From Dimorphilus gyrociliatus (Eukaryota; Animalia; Annelida): a DNA stretch of 64,000 nt. The stretch covers positions 682,001 to 746,000 of the forward strand of contig CAJFCJ010000025.1 in assembly GCA_904063045.1 (NCBI GenBank), in the 5' to 3' direction. Position numbers and translations under genes: made by a program. Below are positions 27,172 to 42,104 of this stretch, piece by piece (position 1 is the stretch's first letter; every line of letters starts with the position of its first letter). The notes below the pieces were generated by a model. The model saw only the letters and a list, made by a program, of their open reading frames with translations. It was not told where the DNA came from and made no database searches.

Positions 27172-28613
27172 ATGGGTGGTTGGCTCGTTGCAATTATTCT
27201 TCTATTATTGTGTCTACTGGTCATCGGTTCTATTCTCCTAGTCTGCAGAATTATTGGTCTTCGGCAGCTAAGCGCTTGGTTCGCTCCCAGCGAAGAGAAG
27301 ACTAATTTAACTGCAGGAACAACTAGTCAAGCTGAAACTAGAATTGGTATTTTAAGGGATGATCCTCCAGCTAGAGAAGAAGTTAATAGTCCAATTTCGG
27401 ATACACTTTCTGAAACTGAATCCTATACTGGTCATTTACCAAGAGCTGCCTCTTTTGAGAGTGTAGCTTCGGATTCTAGTGTCCTAGATGTTGATTTTCC
27501 TAGTAGAATTGGACAATTAGAGTTTGGAATTGAATTCGACAGAGATTCTGGTGAATTAGTCGTCAGCGTGATACAAGCCAAGGATCTGGAAATGGATCAG
27601 GTTTTTTTTTTCTTTTTCTCTGTCTTTTTTTCCTGCTCTCCTCGTTTTTTTCTCGCTCTCTTTTTATGATTGATTTTCGAACGGATAGAATGTTTTTCTA
27701 TTATTTCTTTCTCCCATACTTAGGTAACGAAATCGCTCGATTCTTTCGTTAAACTTTGGCTAACGCCTCCCAACGAAAGACCCATGCAAACGAGAATTTA
27801 TAAAGACAGTGTAAATCCAATTTGGAAGGAAAGATTTAAATTCGATCTAGAATATCAGGAAATAGAGAGGAAAAGTTTACAATTACAAGTTTTCTCTTCC
27901 GATAAATACGCTAGGCATAAACTACTAGGAGAAACTGAGTTAAGATTAGGTGATTTGGATTTTAGAGCCCCTCTAAGAATATGGATGAACTTGAGAGATA
28001 TGGACGAGGTAGGCTAATCAATTTATACATATTTATACTATTGAGAGTGAAAAGAAAAACAAAATCTAAACAGTTTTTTATAATTGACTAAATAAAGAAC
28101 ATAATTCATCTTGAATGGTGTTTTATCCTCTCTTTCATTAGAAAAAAAAGCTTATATCTAAGAGGAGGAAATTGATTTTTATTACAAAAAAATAGAAAAA
28201 AAACACCTATTGATTAATGGCATTCAGTAGAAAAAGATGTGTTGGGAACAGTACATAGGAATATTCTATACAATACTTTTAAAACAGAAACCAACCGAAG
28301 TGGGAGATGTTATGCTGTCATTGAGTTATTTACCGACGGCTGAAAGATTGACGGTCGTAATTGTTAAGGCGAGGAAATTGAAATGGGCTTATTCGAAGGC
28401 AAACGGCGACTGCTTCATTAAAGTTTACTTGTTGCAAAATGGCAAAAAAATTAGTAAAAAGAAGACAACAATTAAAAAGGATGAAAAAACACCTATTTTT
28501 AATGAAGCCATGATATTTTCAATACCAGCAGCCCATTTAGAGGTTAAATATCTCTTTTTTTGCCTTTATAATGATATCTACAGTAATTTAACACATGATA
28601 AATATACGTTGTC

Positions 28614-28644
<31 letters not shown>

Positions 28645-29005
28645 TAATATATACAACGTATATACGATTAAACAGTACGATAAATAGATTTTAGCTTAAT
28701 TCTTAAAATTCTATAATTCATGAATATTTCGAATATACCGATACTTAAAGATTAAAAAAATTGCTATTAGATAGTTTATCGTCTTAGCTTAATCTCTTTC
28801 ATTTATTATTAACCTATTTTTCTTCTTTTCTCTTCAGAATGTACAACTTAGAATAAGCGTCGTTGAACAACTCGGCGAGAATATCCTACCAATAGGTCAC
28901 GTTCTTATAGGATCACAGGTGTCTGGTACTGAGCTAACACATTGGAATCAAATGATGACTAGTCTTAGGAGGCCGGTGGCTATGTGGCATCAACTGAGAA
29001 AATAA
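27172..29005 (+). CDS. SYT12: Synaptotagmin-12-like (N-terminal TM helix plus C2A and C2B, Ca2+-independent type; about 378 aa)
   Basis: Exons 27172-27600, 27724-28008, 28288-28542 and 28838-29005. C2B reads VGDVMLSLSYLPTAERLTVVIVKARKLKW...KVYLLQNGKKISKKKT...FNEAMIFSIPA. The C-terminus THWNQMMTSLRRPVAMWH closely matches SYT12. Confidence 0.88.
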
Positions 29006-30011
29006 TTTAAATAGGTCTATATTTTCCTATTTAAAACAAACAAACAAACAAAAAAAGTAAGAAAAAGTACTAAAAAGTCCTTAAAGTAAAAAGAAGAAAA
29101 AGTTTTATTTGTTGTATAAAGAGATATATTTAATGGGCTTTTTTTTTCGTTCTTTTTTTATTCCTATTTTCCTATCATTTTTCTTTCTCCTATCTCTTCC
29201 GAAATTCGTATATATATATATATATATACAAATATGTTATTATTATCATTATTATTATAAATTTTCCTGTAAATGGCGCTGTAGAAATCTTTTAAACAAA
29301 AAGAAAAAGCTAACAAAAAGAGCAAGAGAGTGCGCGGGAGGAAAGGAGGGGGAAGGGACAGAGAAAGAGAGAGATGACAAAAACCAGAGAAAAACACTAT
29401 TGTCATCCTTCTTTATGTAGACGTTTTCTCATTTTTTTTTGTTAAAGAAAAGACTAACTGAAAGATAGACAAGCAAAAAGAGAGAAAGAGAAAAGGAAAG
29501 ACAGTAAGGCATAAAGAAGAGTATACAGTATACATAAATATGCTTATATACTACACATTGTGTATACTGTATTCAACATATTCTACACACAGAACAGGAT
29601 TGTATAGAGTATATATTGAATAATAATGAATTTTAAAAACAAGGTCATATTAGCTTCTATCAAGTGTTCTTATACGCTTTACACATTGTCCACTAAAAAT
29701 AAGCCAGGTGCTTTTAACAGCTCACAACAATATTTTCAAACTTTCTCCCTTTTCCCTTTATTTTTAATTATATAAATAACAAAAGTTTCCATTGAAGCCT
29801 TAAACACTTTTAATCGTATTAATTAAATATATATACTTTTTCGGACAAGGAAGTTATATTTTCTACATTTTATGGATAATTAGAGAGATAGCTAGATATT
29901 TAGATAGATGGTGAGCGAATGAGTGACAGGAGGGAAGAAAGACAATGAGAAACACGAGCTTTATTCACTTTTAACTAAATTTTCGTATTCTTCTGCTTCT
30001 TTTTCCTCTTC

Positions 30012-30014
<3 letters not shown>

Positions 30015-30043
<29 letters not shown>

Positions 30044-30054
30044 CTTCTTCTTCT
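30015..30054. repeat. (CTT)n trinucleotide microsatellite
   Basis: CTT run between SYT12 and FBXO22. A similar run lies in SLC6 intron 1 near 3427-3455. Confidence 0.9.
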
Positions 30055-30162
30055 GCTATTATTATTATTAAATAAAGTTTAAAACAAGAGTTTTCTACTT
30101 AATTCTTCTCATTCTACTGTATTAGTTTCTTTAATGCGCTGTCTATTGGGAAAATTGTTTTG

Positions 30163-30198
<36 letters not shown>

Positions 30199-30738
30199 CA
30201 AGCACTTGCTATTGTTTTTATTCGTCCTTTTTAATCGTGAACTATATTATATACTAAGTATACTAACATAAACAACTATAAGCTATATATACAGTATATA
30301 TAAATTTATATACATATATATATATAACTATGAAAAATTTTTTCCTTTTTCTATTTGTCAATGTGATTTGTTTCTACTAAGCTAATGATGTCATTTTGTC
30401 TCTCTGTTTCATTTACAACTGAAAAAATAACAAAGAAAACAAAGAAAATATGGGAAAAAAATAAAACAGAGATATAAAAAAGAATTAAACAGAAAAAAAA
30501 GAAAAAAACAGTTTTGTGCCTTGCATGCTGTAATATTTTTTAAAAAAGAATTTCAATACAGAATATATCCTTGATTGAGAAGAAAATCTTCGCCTTTCTT
30601 TTTACTTTTATCCCATCTATAATTCACTTTTATTAAAGGCTTTCGTATATTCTTATATTTGAACAAACAAAAACAAATGGCTGTTTTTAGTTAGACCCAG
30701 ACTATTCTTTGGATTTTAGGTATACTCTTAAAAGAACT

Positions 30739-32174
30739 ATGACGGATAGCCGAAAACGTAAAATTGATGATAGCGCCGACTTCGACTTTGAGAAAAAAAA
30801 TGTCTTTGATAATGAGCTCATTAGTTCAAAGATTTTAGAATATTGTAACATAGGCGAAGTATACAAATATAGACGGTAAAAACAATTAAAATTTAAATTT
30901 CGTTCTATTCTTTAATTTCGTTCATTATACTTATATCGTAGTCTTAGCAAATTATGGTTGCACTTGGGTGATATAGAATTACGAAAGCGATCAGAAAAGT
31001 TTCACATCAAGTATATATCTTGTTTTGCGAATAATGGTCATCTACAATTTCCAGTTTGTATTATTATTTATATATCAGTATTAAAAAACAGTGATAGCAA
31101 TATAAGATGCCATTGATAGTTTATTTCATTTACAGAATTTTCATTCATTCAATTTTAAACCTAATTTACTTATTGCATTTTGTTCGGAATCATTAAGCTG
31201 CCCAAAGAAAAAATTAAAGAGATATTTCATTAATAATTGCAAATTTCCTTGTATAATATCTTTTTGGGAAGGAATTGTTTGTAAGTAATAGTCTTCTTCT
31301 TCCTTTCTCCTTCTTAAATAATTAATTAACTAAAATTGAAAGTCTATATTCTCTCATAGTAACAGAATTAAAAGAAAGGGATGCTAAAGCCAAAATGTCA
31401 GTGACTGAGGTCGAAGAAGCTAAAAATCAAATTCAATTTGTTTTTATGTCAATTCCCGGCTTAAAGTGTAAATTTTTTAATCAGCATGTTAAAACTAGAT
31501 CAACTTGTAAAAGTTCTAAAGAACAATTTCAAAAGGATCTCGAGGAATCTGTTAATTCGCATTCTCTCTTTTTGAGTTTTGAGCAAGAATTTGGTAAGTT
31601 CTTTTCAAGAACTAAACCAGAGATGGTAGATAATTTTTGGAAGAATTCTATTGTCGCCGGAGCGTTAAACAAATTAAATTATTGTACTAAGTAGTATAAT
31701 TTCTTTCTTCTAATTATCTTTTAAAAAGTTAATTAATCAATAATTAGACTATGATCTTTACAAAATAAAGAAATTATTCTACTTAGTAATGGACAAGAGT
31801 TTGATTCAAAATTAATCAATCTGCAAAGTAAGCACATTCATTTTGCTACCGTTATCATTGGTCAAGATATTGATGATAAAGAAGGTGTATTAGACAATCT
31901 TCGACGTCTGAAACAATCTAACGCCGCTAGAAAACCATTTTTCGGTCTAATGTTCGCCTGCAAAGGAAGAGGTCGAGACCATTACGGAGGAGTTACTGAC
32001 GTTGAAAGTAGCTGTTGGCAAAACATCTTTCCTAAAATACCACTCTTTGGTGTATTTGGTGATGGAGAATTTGGACTAGATAAATTTTTACAAGATGACG
32101 AAAAGCTTGTGAAAACATTTAGCGCATTAGAAAAATCTTATACAACAGTGTTTGTCGTTGTTGGAAAACACTAA
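30739..32174 (+). CDS. FBXO22: F-box protein 22-like (divergent F-box plus FIST-C domain; about 370 aa)
   Basis: Exons 30739-30875, 30942-31053, 31136-31280, 31360-31690 and 31787-32174 (1113 nt). C-terminal signature GLMFACKGRG...FPKIPLFGVFGDGEFG...SYTTVFVVV. The last acceptor was chosen by phase and is less certain. Confidence 0.8.
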
Positions 32175-32971
32175 ACCTCTTTCTACTGATGGTTTATATC
32201 ATTTTTATGGAATTTTCTTATTCAGTTTTGATAGAAATATTTAAAGAATTTTGTTAATAATTAATAAGAGAATTATTCCAATAGAGTTTCTGCTGTATAC
32301 AGAACTTTGTTTATATACAACTATTTATATAATGATATATATATATATGTATGTATATATGTATATATTTATCTTTCTTTCAGTCTTTTTAACGTTCTCT
32401 CTCTCTCTCTCCCTGCCTCCCTTACTACCTCTTTTTAAATGTCTTGCCCCATCTTTTTTTTATATACTTTAAAGGTTATCCCTATCCTCCTTTAAACTCG
32501 ACATTATCATATAAAAAATCTTTAATTATCATTGCATTGAGTAACTTTTTAGGCAAAACTGTTTCGTTTCTAATGAATAATTGATAAGAGAATAAGAGTT
32601 TCACTTTACAAACATGCATCGTATAGTAAAACATTAAATAGGGTCGATAATGAGTATCTGAAACTAACAAGGAGGACTATTAGACTTTTTTCATCTTCTA
32701 CCTATTAATTAGACTGAAAAAATTTCACTTTGAATTTAAACTCTCACGATCCTCCCCCAGTTCGTACTCTTACAGTTACAATACAATTTTCCCTTTTGAA
32801 TACTAAATAGGCTGAAATAGATAATACAAACACAAAAACATTCTTATTCTTGGCCAATCATTAACAGGAAGTAAAAATTTCCTGTATTAACCTGTTGAAA
32901 AATTTTCATTCTTTTCATCTTTACCACTAATTATTCGTTTAATATAGTAGAGAGATAGGGCTAAATTAAAG

Positions 32972-33337
32972 ATGGGAACAAATAGATCTCAGAGGTGTCT
33001 CGCCGATTTGGAGATTGCTATGGAAAAATTCAAGATAGACGCTCTCGAGACAAACAGAGCATACTTGTGTGACAATGTAGACGTTGATGATCATCTTTGC
33101 TTTCTTCGATCTAACAGAATTTTAGATAAAATGGCTTGCGAAAGAATAAGAAGCCCAACAACTTCTAGAGATAAAGTGAGCTGTTTAATAGATTTTTTAA
33201 TAGGAAAAGGGGAGAAAGGCTACGATTTTTTCTGCGAATCTCTTTTACAAGCTGAGATACAGTTGTTTTTATTGGAGAAATTAAATTCATCATTTGAAGA
33301 CTTAAAGTTTAGATACCTACGTGAAAGCAATATATAA
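32972..33337 (+). CDS. BCL10: BCL10-like CARD-only protein (121 aa, single exon)
   Basis: KIDALETNRAYLCDNV...H...LRSNRIL...E.I...TSRDK..CLIDFL...KG.D.FCESL...Q.FLLEKL aligns by eye with the BCL10 CARD (KDALENLRVYLCEKI...HLRAKKIL...SSRKRAGKLLDYL...KGLDTLVES...QNFLIQKI). Confidence 0.72.
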   Translation: MGTNRSQRCLADLEIAMEKFKIDALETNRAYLCDNVDVDDHLCFLRSNRILDKMACERIRSPTTSRDKVSCLIDFLIGKGEKGYDFFCESLLQAEIQLFLLEKLNSSFEDLKFRYLRESNI

Positions 33338-33620
33338 CAATTTTTTTATTATTTCAATGCAATATATATGTAATATTCTGCAACTGTACATATATGCCAA
33401 CTATATTAAACTTTAATTCTTTTCTATTCATCAATGCTTTTTCATGTTCTCTTGTAGATTGAATAAAATTTTTAATTAATGGCATAGATTAGATTCTTTT
33501 GTTCTTTAGCTTTCCCTCTCCTATAAAGATAATTTCATGAAACATCTGTTGCCAAATCTCCTTGTATACAGTACATTGTATATATTTATATTAAAAAAAT
33601 TTAAGTGCGTGCCTACAAAA

Positions 33621-35444
<1,824 letters not shown>

Positions 35445-36059
35445 AATAAAAATGTGTCTTTATAGGTTATGGTGTCTACTTTATTATTATATTATTTATA
35501 CAGTATATACAAGTGTAATTTTTTTATATGCTTATTTCTCTTTATTAAAGTAATTGAATTCTCTTTTGTTTTTTTTATCTCTCTCTCTTTCTCTCTCTTT
35601 AAGTTAATAAATTTTTTTGCCGGTAAATATGAATAATATTTCTTTTTACTGTCGTAATTACTATTGTTTCTTTCATTTGCAGTATATAATTTTCGTTCTC
35701 TCTACCCTTTGAACTTTGCTACTTGTAACAATGATAATTGAATTTATCAGTCGTTTTTTTTTTTTGCTCTTAAATTAGTTTCCTTTTTGTGCTTTTTCCT
35801 GAGGTGATGAAGTACCTTTTAAATATTATGCAGATGTTATTTTTTTTTCCTTATTTCTAGTATGCTAGTATTAACTTAGGAGGGAAACAAAACTAGGACG
35901 TTTGTGAATTTTTCAGTTTATTAATTTATTTTTACTTAATTATCTATCTTTCCAATAGAGATAGTACATTTTCTCTTACTATGTAAAACAAACATCTATC
36001 TACTGGTCTAATAAGTCAATTTATTGGGTTTCTTCTTGGAATTTTTGTCAAATGACTTT

Positions 36060-37243
36060 TTAGTTCTTTTCGGCCAAGTGTCCCCAAAGTTCTTCTTTGT
36101 TGATAAGTCTTGTAAGATCTCCCTTCTTCACGACTTGAATCTTCTTACTTTGATCTCCACTAGCCAAACTGCTGATTACCTTCCAGGCAGCTGTTTTTTT
36201 TTTAATTAATAATTTATTTCGAGTCTATAAACGAAAATAGATTGTCTCTTGTGACGACTTACCATTTAGGATGAAAGGCATATCGTAGTTGATCATATAG
36301 GCTGAAAAAAATGAAAGATAAAAGTATTTCAAGATGTGCTCTAAGAAACTTTTTATACTTTATATTTATTAAGAATTTATACAAAAGTCCTAGATTTTTA
36401 CCTTTTAAGAAAATTTTAAGTAGATTTATACAGTATATAAAATATATGTGTTATTCTTACCCAAGAAAGCTGGGAAAGCAACCTTAAAACAGCTGATAAT
36501 GAATTTGGTAATATCCATATTCAAATTGCTCAAACCGGCGCTGGACATGTCGAAGAAAACGACACACATTTGTTCCGGATTTGTTCGGTGATGTTTTTCA
36601 AACATACCGGCAATATAACACTTAAGAAGGACAACTTCGTCTCCGCTAGCAGTATTTTGTTTAACGTCAATGTAAACTGAAAGATATTCGAAATATAGTG
36701 GACTTTTAGCGAAAGGAAGTAGAAAATGAAGAAGAATGAAAAATTGAACAATAATTGATTGTAGACAACTTACGGATTGGGTGACCTTCCTTATCCTTTC
36801 CTCTGTAAAAAATACCATTTCTATCTTTTATTTCTTGGGGTACTTTATCTTCGTCAAAGTCATTTACTAAATATTCCTTCCTCATAATAAAAGCTTCTTG
36901 AACAACATCAACAGCCTTATCAACATCACCTTTAGCCTAAAGGAGGACATTAAACTTTCATCAAAGAGAGAAGATATTTGAATTTAATTTGTTTTACTTT
37001 ACCTTCATAGTTCTCAAGAAGCATCTTGCATAAGCGTCATCGCTGTTGAATCTAGAGACGTCTCTTTCGTCAAATTTACCAGAAGCAATTTCACTCTGGA
37101 ATTTTTCGTTGAATTTTGTTCTCAATTCTGGTACTTTAGAAGCAACTTCCTATTGAAAGAAGAATGTTAATCTTTAGGATTAGAAGTAAAGGATTGAATA
37201 TAAAAATATAACATACTGATGGAGAAAGGTTCAAGTTGGCCAT
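36060..37243 (-). CDS. CRAL-TRIO/SEC14 lipid-binding protein resembling the MOSPD2 N-terminus, without an MSP domain (about 240 aa)
   Basis: Exons 37243-37217, 37149-37003, 36936-36774, 36676-36461, 36301-36263 and 36190-36060 (723 nt). Motifs KFDERDVSRFNSDD, FYRGKDKEGHPIL, FDMSSAGLSNLNMDITKFIISCFKVAFP and YDMPFILNAAWKVI. Confidence 0.82.
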
Positions 37244-37556
37244 TTTAATTGATAATGTTTTAGTTTCTTGTTAGTAAAGTGATAATCCTTCTGTGTTCAA
37301 TACACAATGAGACTGATATTAAGTTACCAGTTAGCTTTTATTCAATTCATCTCGCTAGTTATCAGTTGAGTTACAACGATAAAATTATTTAGAATTTTAG
37401 GTCGATTAGATCAAATTGATCAACGAGTATCACATAAATCTGCTAATCATCAGACGATATGTCGATAAGACATATATTCATATATATATTTTCTACAAAT
37501 AGTCAAAATATCATTTATATCATGTATATATAGTCTATATATAGTATATATATATA

Positions 37557-37591
<35 letters not shown>

Positions 37592-37629
37592 TATATAATA
37601 TATATATATAAAAAGAGTAAAAGAAAAGT

Positions 37630-39247
37630 TTATCTCGAGAATAGTTTAATTAAAACTTTATCAGCAGCTCTAAGGACAATTTCTCCGCTTGGTGAGATAT
37701 CTTTTGTTAAAGTTCGAAGGCGAAATTTTCGTAAAATGGAACTTAGTATTACTTTCAACTCCAGCATTGCAAATTTTTGACCAATACAATTTCTAGGACC
37801 AGCAGAAAATGGTACATACGCGTGACTGTGTTTATTAGCATTCTGATTAAGGAATCTTTCCGGATTGAATTCATGCGCATTTTTAAAATTCTTCTCATCA
37901 GTATGCAAAACATAGAGCATAATGATGGCGACAGTTTCTTTTGGTATCAAATACTGATCTAATTTTACATCGTGAGTTAAAGTTCGAGCGAAAAACGGAA
38001 CAGGTGGATATAATCTTAAAGATTCCTTGATAATACATTCCAAATAAGTTAATCTTTTAAGATCCTCTTCTGTTGCGAGACGATCGCTTGTTCCAAAAAT
38101 ATCATTCAACTCCTCAAAGGCCTTTTCTTGAACTTCTGGATGAAGTCCTAGTAGATAGCAGGTCCAAGACAAAGCTACAGAGGTCGTATCGTGACCTTCA
38201 AACATGAATGTATCCACTTCTTCTCTAATGTCCTCTATTGTTAATCCTTCACTACATAGAAGCATGTCAAGAAATGCTAATTTACCCCTTTGCCTTCCGC
38301 ATATAGCTTCAGCATCCACAGATGACAAATTATCGCCTATATAATTAAATTAACCCTTATTTAATTAAGTTTTAATCATATAATAATTTATACCAAATAG
38401 ATCGACTAGTTCGCCTCTTCTCTTATCAATCACAGACAACGTAAACGAATGTAATATCTTTATGCTATTGTTAACGATTTTACCCCACGGTGTTAAATTA
38501 AACAGCCAGTCTGGTAAGAATAGTGGATTTTTTTGTCTTATGTGTATACATCTACACGCCTCGTTCACAGCTTCAACGTATTCGGAATTACTGCCTCTCT
38601 GAGCGTTCACGTGACACCCCATGGCTGTCTCGCAAATGATATCCAAAGTACATAGGCTTAAATCTTTAAATATATCCACGCTTATACCTTTGTCGGCGTA
38701 GGTTTGAAATTTTGATAAAAGAGTCTGTGAATGTTCATTAAAGACTTGTATAAAGTCTTTAAGAACTTGAAAGTGAAAAGAAGGAGTTAAAAGTTTCCGG
38801 CGTTTCCGCCACTTATCACCCGTTGATAACAGCAAACCGTCACCCAGCCATGGTTTAAGTAATTTATATTCTCGACCTTTCGTTATTAATTTAGAGCTCG
38901 AAAGAATTTTTTCTACGTACTCATCCTTGAAGATAACAACATATGGAATATTAAATATCCATACTTTGCCAATCCCGTACTTTCTAAACTCTTCTGTGTG
39001 CTTTATCATATATCTGTATAAATCTAAGAGCAAGTGTTCGCATACTTTTAGTTAAAAAAATTAACAATAGCTTTTAATACAAACTTTTATGACTAAGAAT
39101 CATTGACGGTCTGTAAGCATTACCAACGATTGGCAGAGTAAGAACGCCTGGTATCTTGTCAATATTCCACCATACACGTGGTTTGCGTAAAACAACATAC
39201 CAAAGAATGACGATTGTTATTATTACAGCTATGCAAGAAAATATCAT
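37630..39247 (-). CDS. Cytochrome P450 family 4 (CYP4V-like; about 499 aa)
   Basis: Exons 39247-39085 (membrane anchor), 39023-38394 and 38336-37630 (1500 nt). It has the CYP4 I-helix signature EEVDTFMFEGHDTT, ExxR (KESLR), PERF and the heme motif PFSAGPRNCIG. Confidence 0.93.
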
Positions 39248-39859
39248 GGTCTGTACAAGCTCAAGACTGTACTACGACTCTAAAAAGACTAATGTGTTGT
39301 TTTGCAAATTATTACATCGGTGTAGTCGCTTATACTTAACAGTTAATTAGATTTCCGTTTAATTGTATCAAAATATCGACAAGAGCATACCAAGAAAAGA
39401 GCTTCAAGCAGTATTTGTTTTTTTCAAGATAAGATAATACTTTCGAAATTTCTGTTAAATATAATCATTTAAAAATTTAAATTTTTTAGCTGTGATTTCT
39501 TTCGGAAATTTCAATGTTATGACCTACAGATAAAAAATTTGAATTCCCGGGGCTCCAGGTTCTCACATGAAAATTGATAACGCTTTATCAAAAATCGTTT
39601 GATAAGTAACTAACTAGCTAATTTTGCATGCTCTACATCTACAGCTAGTGTCCCGGTAAATAATGTATTATTCATAGAAAATATACACAATTTTCAGTAT
39701 ATATATATATATAATTTCTGTCTAAGCAACAAAATTAAACCAATCAAGTCCTTCCGCTTGTTTATACTGCACTCGGACAAAATAACAACAGATACCGATT
39801 AAAATTTCGTCTCATAATTCGTTCTCTTATCCATTGTCAAAAAAACAAACAAATAAATA

Positions 39860-42104
39860 TTACCTCGTCATATGCGAGAACATATTCAAAACACTGCGAT
39901 TTTCTTTACTCGACCTAGACTTGTTAAAAATATTCCAAAATCGAAGAGTTTCGTCGCCCGCACCTGTAACTATCGATTCACCATCGGGTGACATAGCCAA
40001 ATACAGAACGCGATAAGTATGGCCGGTGAGTTTGGTGATTTGCTGTAAGCTCGGATATTTCCAAACAACTATTTGATTTTGCGAATAGCCATGTGTGGAG
40101 ACAACTTCATTTGAATGTTTCGACCACGCTAGGTTGCAAACTTGGGAACCAGTGTCGACATATTGCAGGCATTGAGCTGTTTAAAATCATTATTAAATAA
40201 ATTGAATAACTTTCGCAAGCCCAATTCTCTTTATAAAAGCTATATATTTAAATTGAATTAGTTGAAACGAACCGTTTAATGTATTCCAAAACCTAATGCA
40301 GCGATCTGCAGTTCCCCCACCACTTGCTAACAGACCGTGTTGATGAGGAGACCAAGATATTGCTTTAACAGCTGCAATATGATCACAGTACGTCTGAAGA
40401 GGCGCCGTAGCATTTGAATTTGACCAAACAAACAATTTATTATCATTTCCCCCTGAAGCTAAATGCTGATAATCTGGTGACCATTTCAGTCCACAGACTT
40501 CTTGCCTATGTCCGACTAGACGTCTTTCAGGGCTTGTAGGACTACATCTATATAAGGAATAATCAGTATGTTAGTGTTTTAGGACATAGATAGTTTGTTC
40601 ATAATATACCTGAAATCTCTTTGTAGAATCGTCCTATCTCTACTTCCTGAACTCAGCATTTCTGCATTCCAGGCAAGAGCGCCTACTCGGGCGTTATGTC
40701 CCGGAAGAGAGTTAATCATTTTGCCATTCGCCGCATCCCAAATCTGGACTAAACCTTTATGAGTCCCTACAGCCAAAGTACTACCCCTTTCATTCCAACA
40801 GACTGAAGTTACTTTATCATTTTCTGTTGCTAGGTCACATAACTTATTCACCATACTGGTGCAAGCGCTCCATAAATATACACAACTTCCCAAACCTACG
40901 CTAAGCATATTTTGGGAACTCCAATCGACCAAATTCAAGTAAAAATCATCTTCTAACTCTGGTGCATCTAATACCTTTAAAAAGAAGCATTTTTTAAGTT
41001 AAGTTTCAAAGTCTATTTATGAGTGATTCAAATGATAAAGTACTAACCTTGAACGGTATTTTCGAGATTTTTCGGACTGCTTTCCTTGGAGAACGAAGGA
41101 GTTTCTGCGATTTATTGGTGACAGGTGATACGCTATATGGTGATACATTAGTTTCTACGCTTCGCGTAGAATTTCTTGAGATTTTAAATGAAAGAACGTT
41201 GTTTGAAAAATGTGATTTTGGAGATAAGATGTTTTCTGTTTCTTCTATACCCGCTCCTAATAACTCGTTTTTCAAGAGGCAGTTGTAAATTACTGATGAT
41301 TCTCTAGTTTCGGATGTTTCTGTTCGAGAAGTTTTCCTGCAATCTTTTTCCATTGTTTGCTTTTTCTCCTATAATAGTAAAATTATAAAAAATAATTTTT
41401 TGAGTAAAGTGAGTAATTATGAGAAATATCAAATGTAATGCAATAATGTACGTAAAATAAATACAAGACTACATAGTCCATTTTCCTTTCACTAATGTCA
41501 ATTGCCTACACAATACACTGACAACAAACAAACGTTGCCTTCGAAACTTTCGATAATTTACTCTGGTAATGGAACATGCTTATATGAGTATACCGTATTG
41601 ATCAGTTTGACATATTGCAATTTATGCAAAAAAGAACATTAAAGCGTGTCATGAGCGGACGATGCTTTAAGCTGATTCGGGGCAATTCGTTCCATACGTG
41701 GAAAGGAATATTGCATTCATATTATGTATAGTTTATTATGTCCTTTTACAATTTCTGCCATCAATAAAATTAACTATTTGCTCAATATAACAATTCTGCT
41801 TTGTAATGCTTCTTCGGTGACGGAACACTTTTCCGGAAAAAGAGCTTACTCTAAATTATCAACTTAAAACTGATCCTTGCTTTCTATTATGCTATGTCTT
41901 AAAATTATATTTCTTTCGAGTCACTATGCACTCTAATTAACAAAAATATATTACCTGGCCTTCGAATGTCAGGGAAACTCTCGCCTTCGTTCGGACGGGA
42001 ATAAATCGGTCGCTATAAACATGTTTAGAAGGAGATGTCGGAGTAGTTTGACTCTTTCCTATTGGACTTTCACCTAAAAGCCTCTTTTCATATTCTGGAT
42101 CCAT
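39860..42104 (-). CDS. FZR1: Fizzy-related/Cdh1 APC/C activator (about 475 aa)
   Basis: Exons 42104-41955, 41368-41048, 40974-40610, 40547-40273 and 40176-39860 (1428 nt). C-box SDRFIP, RKISKIPFKVLDAPELEDDFYLNLVDWS and WD40 repeats such as GHRQEVCGLKWS and LASGGGTADRCIRFWN. Confidence 0.95.
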
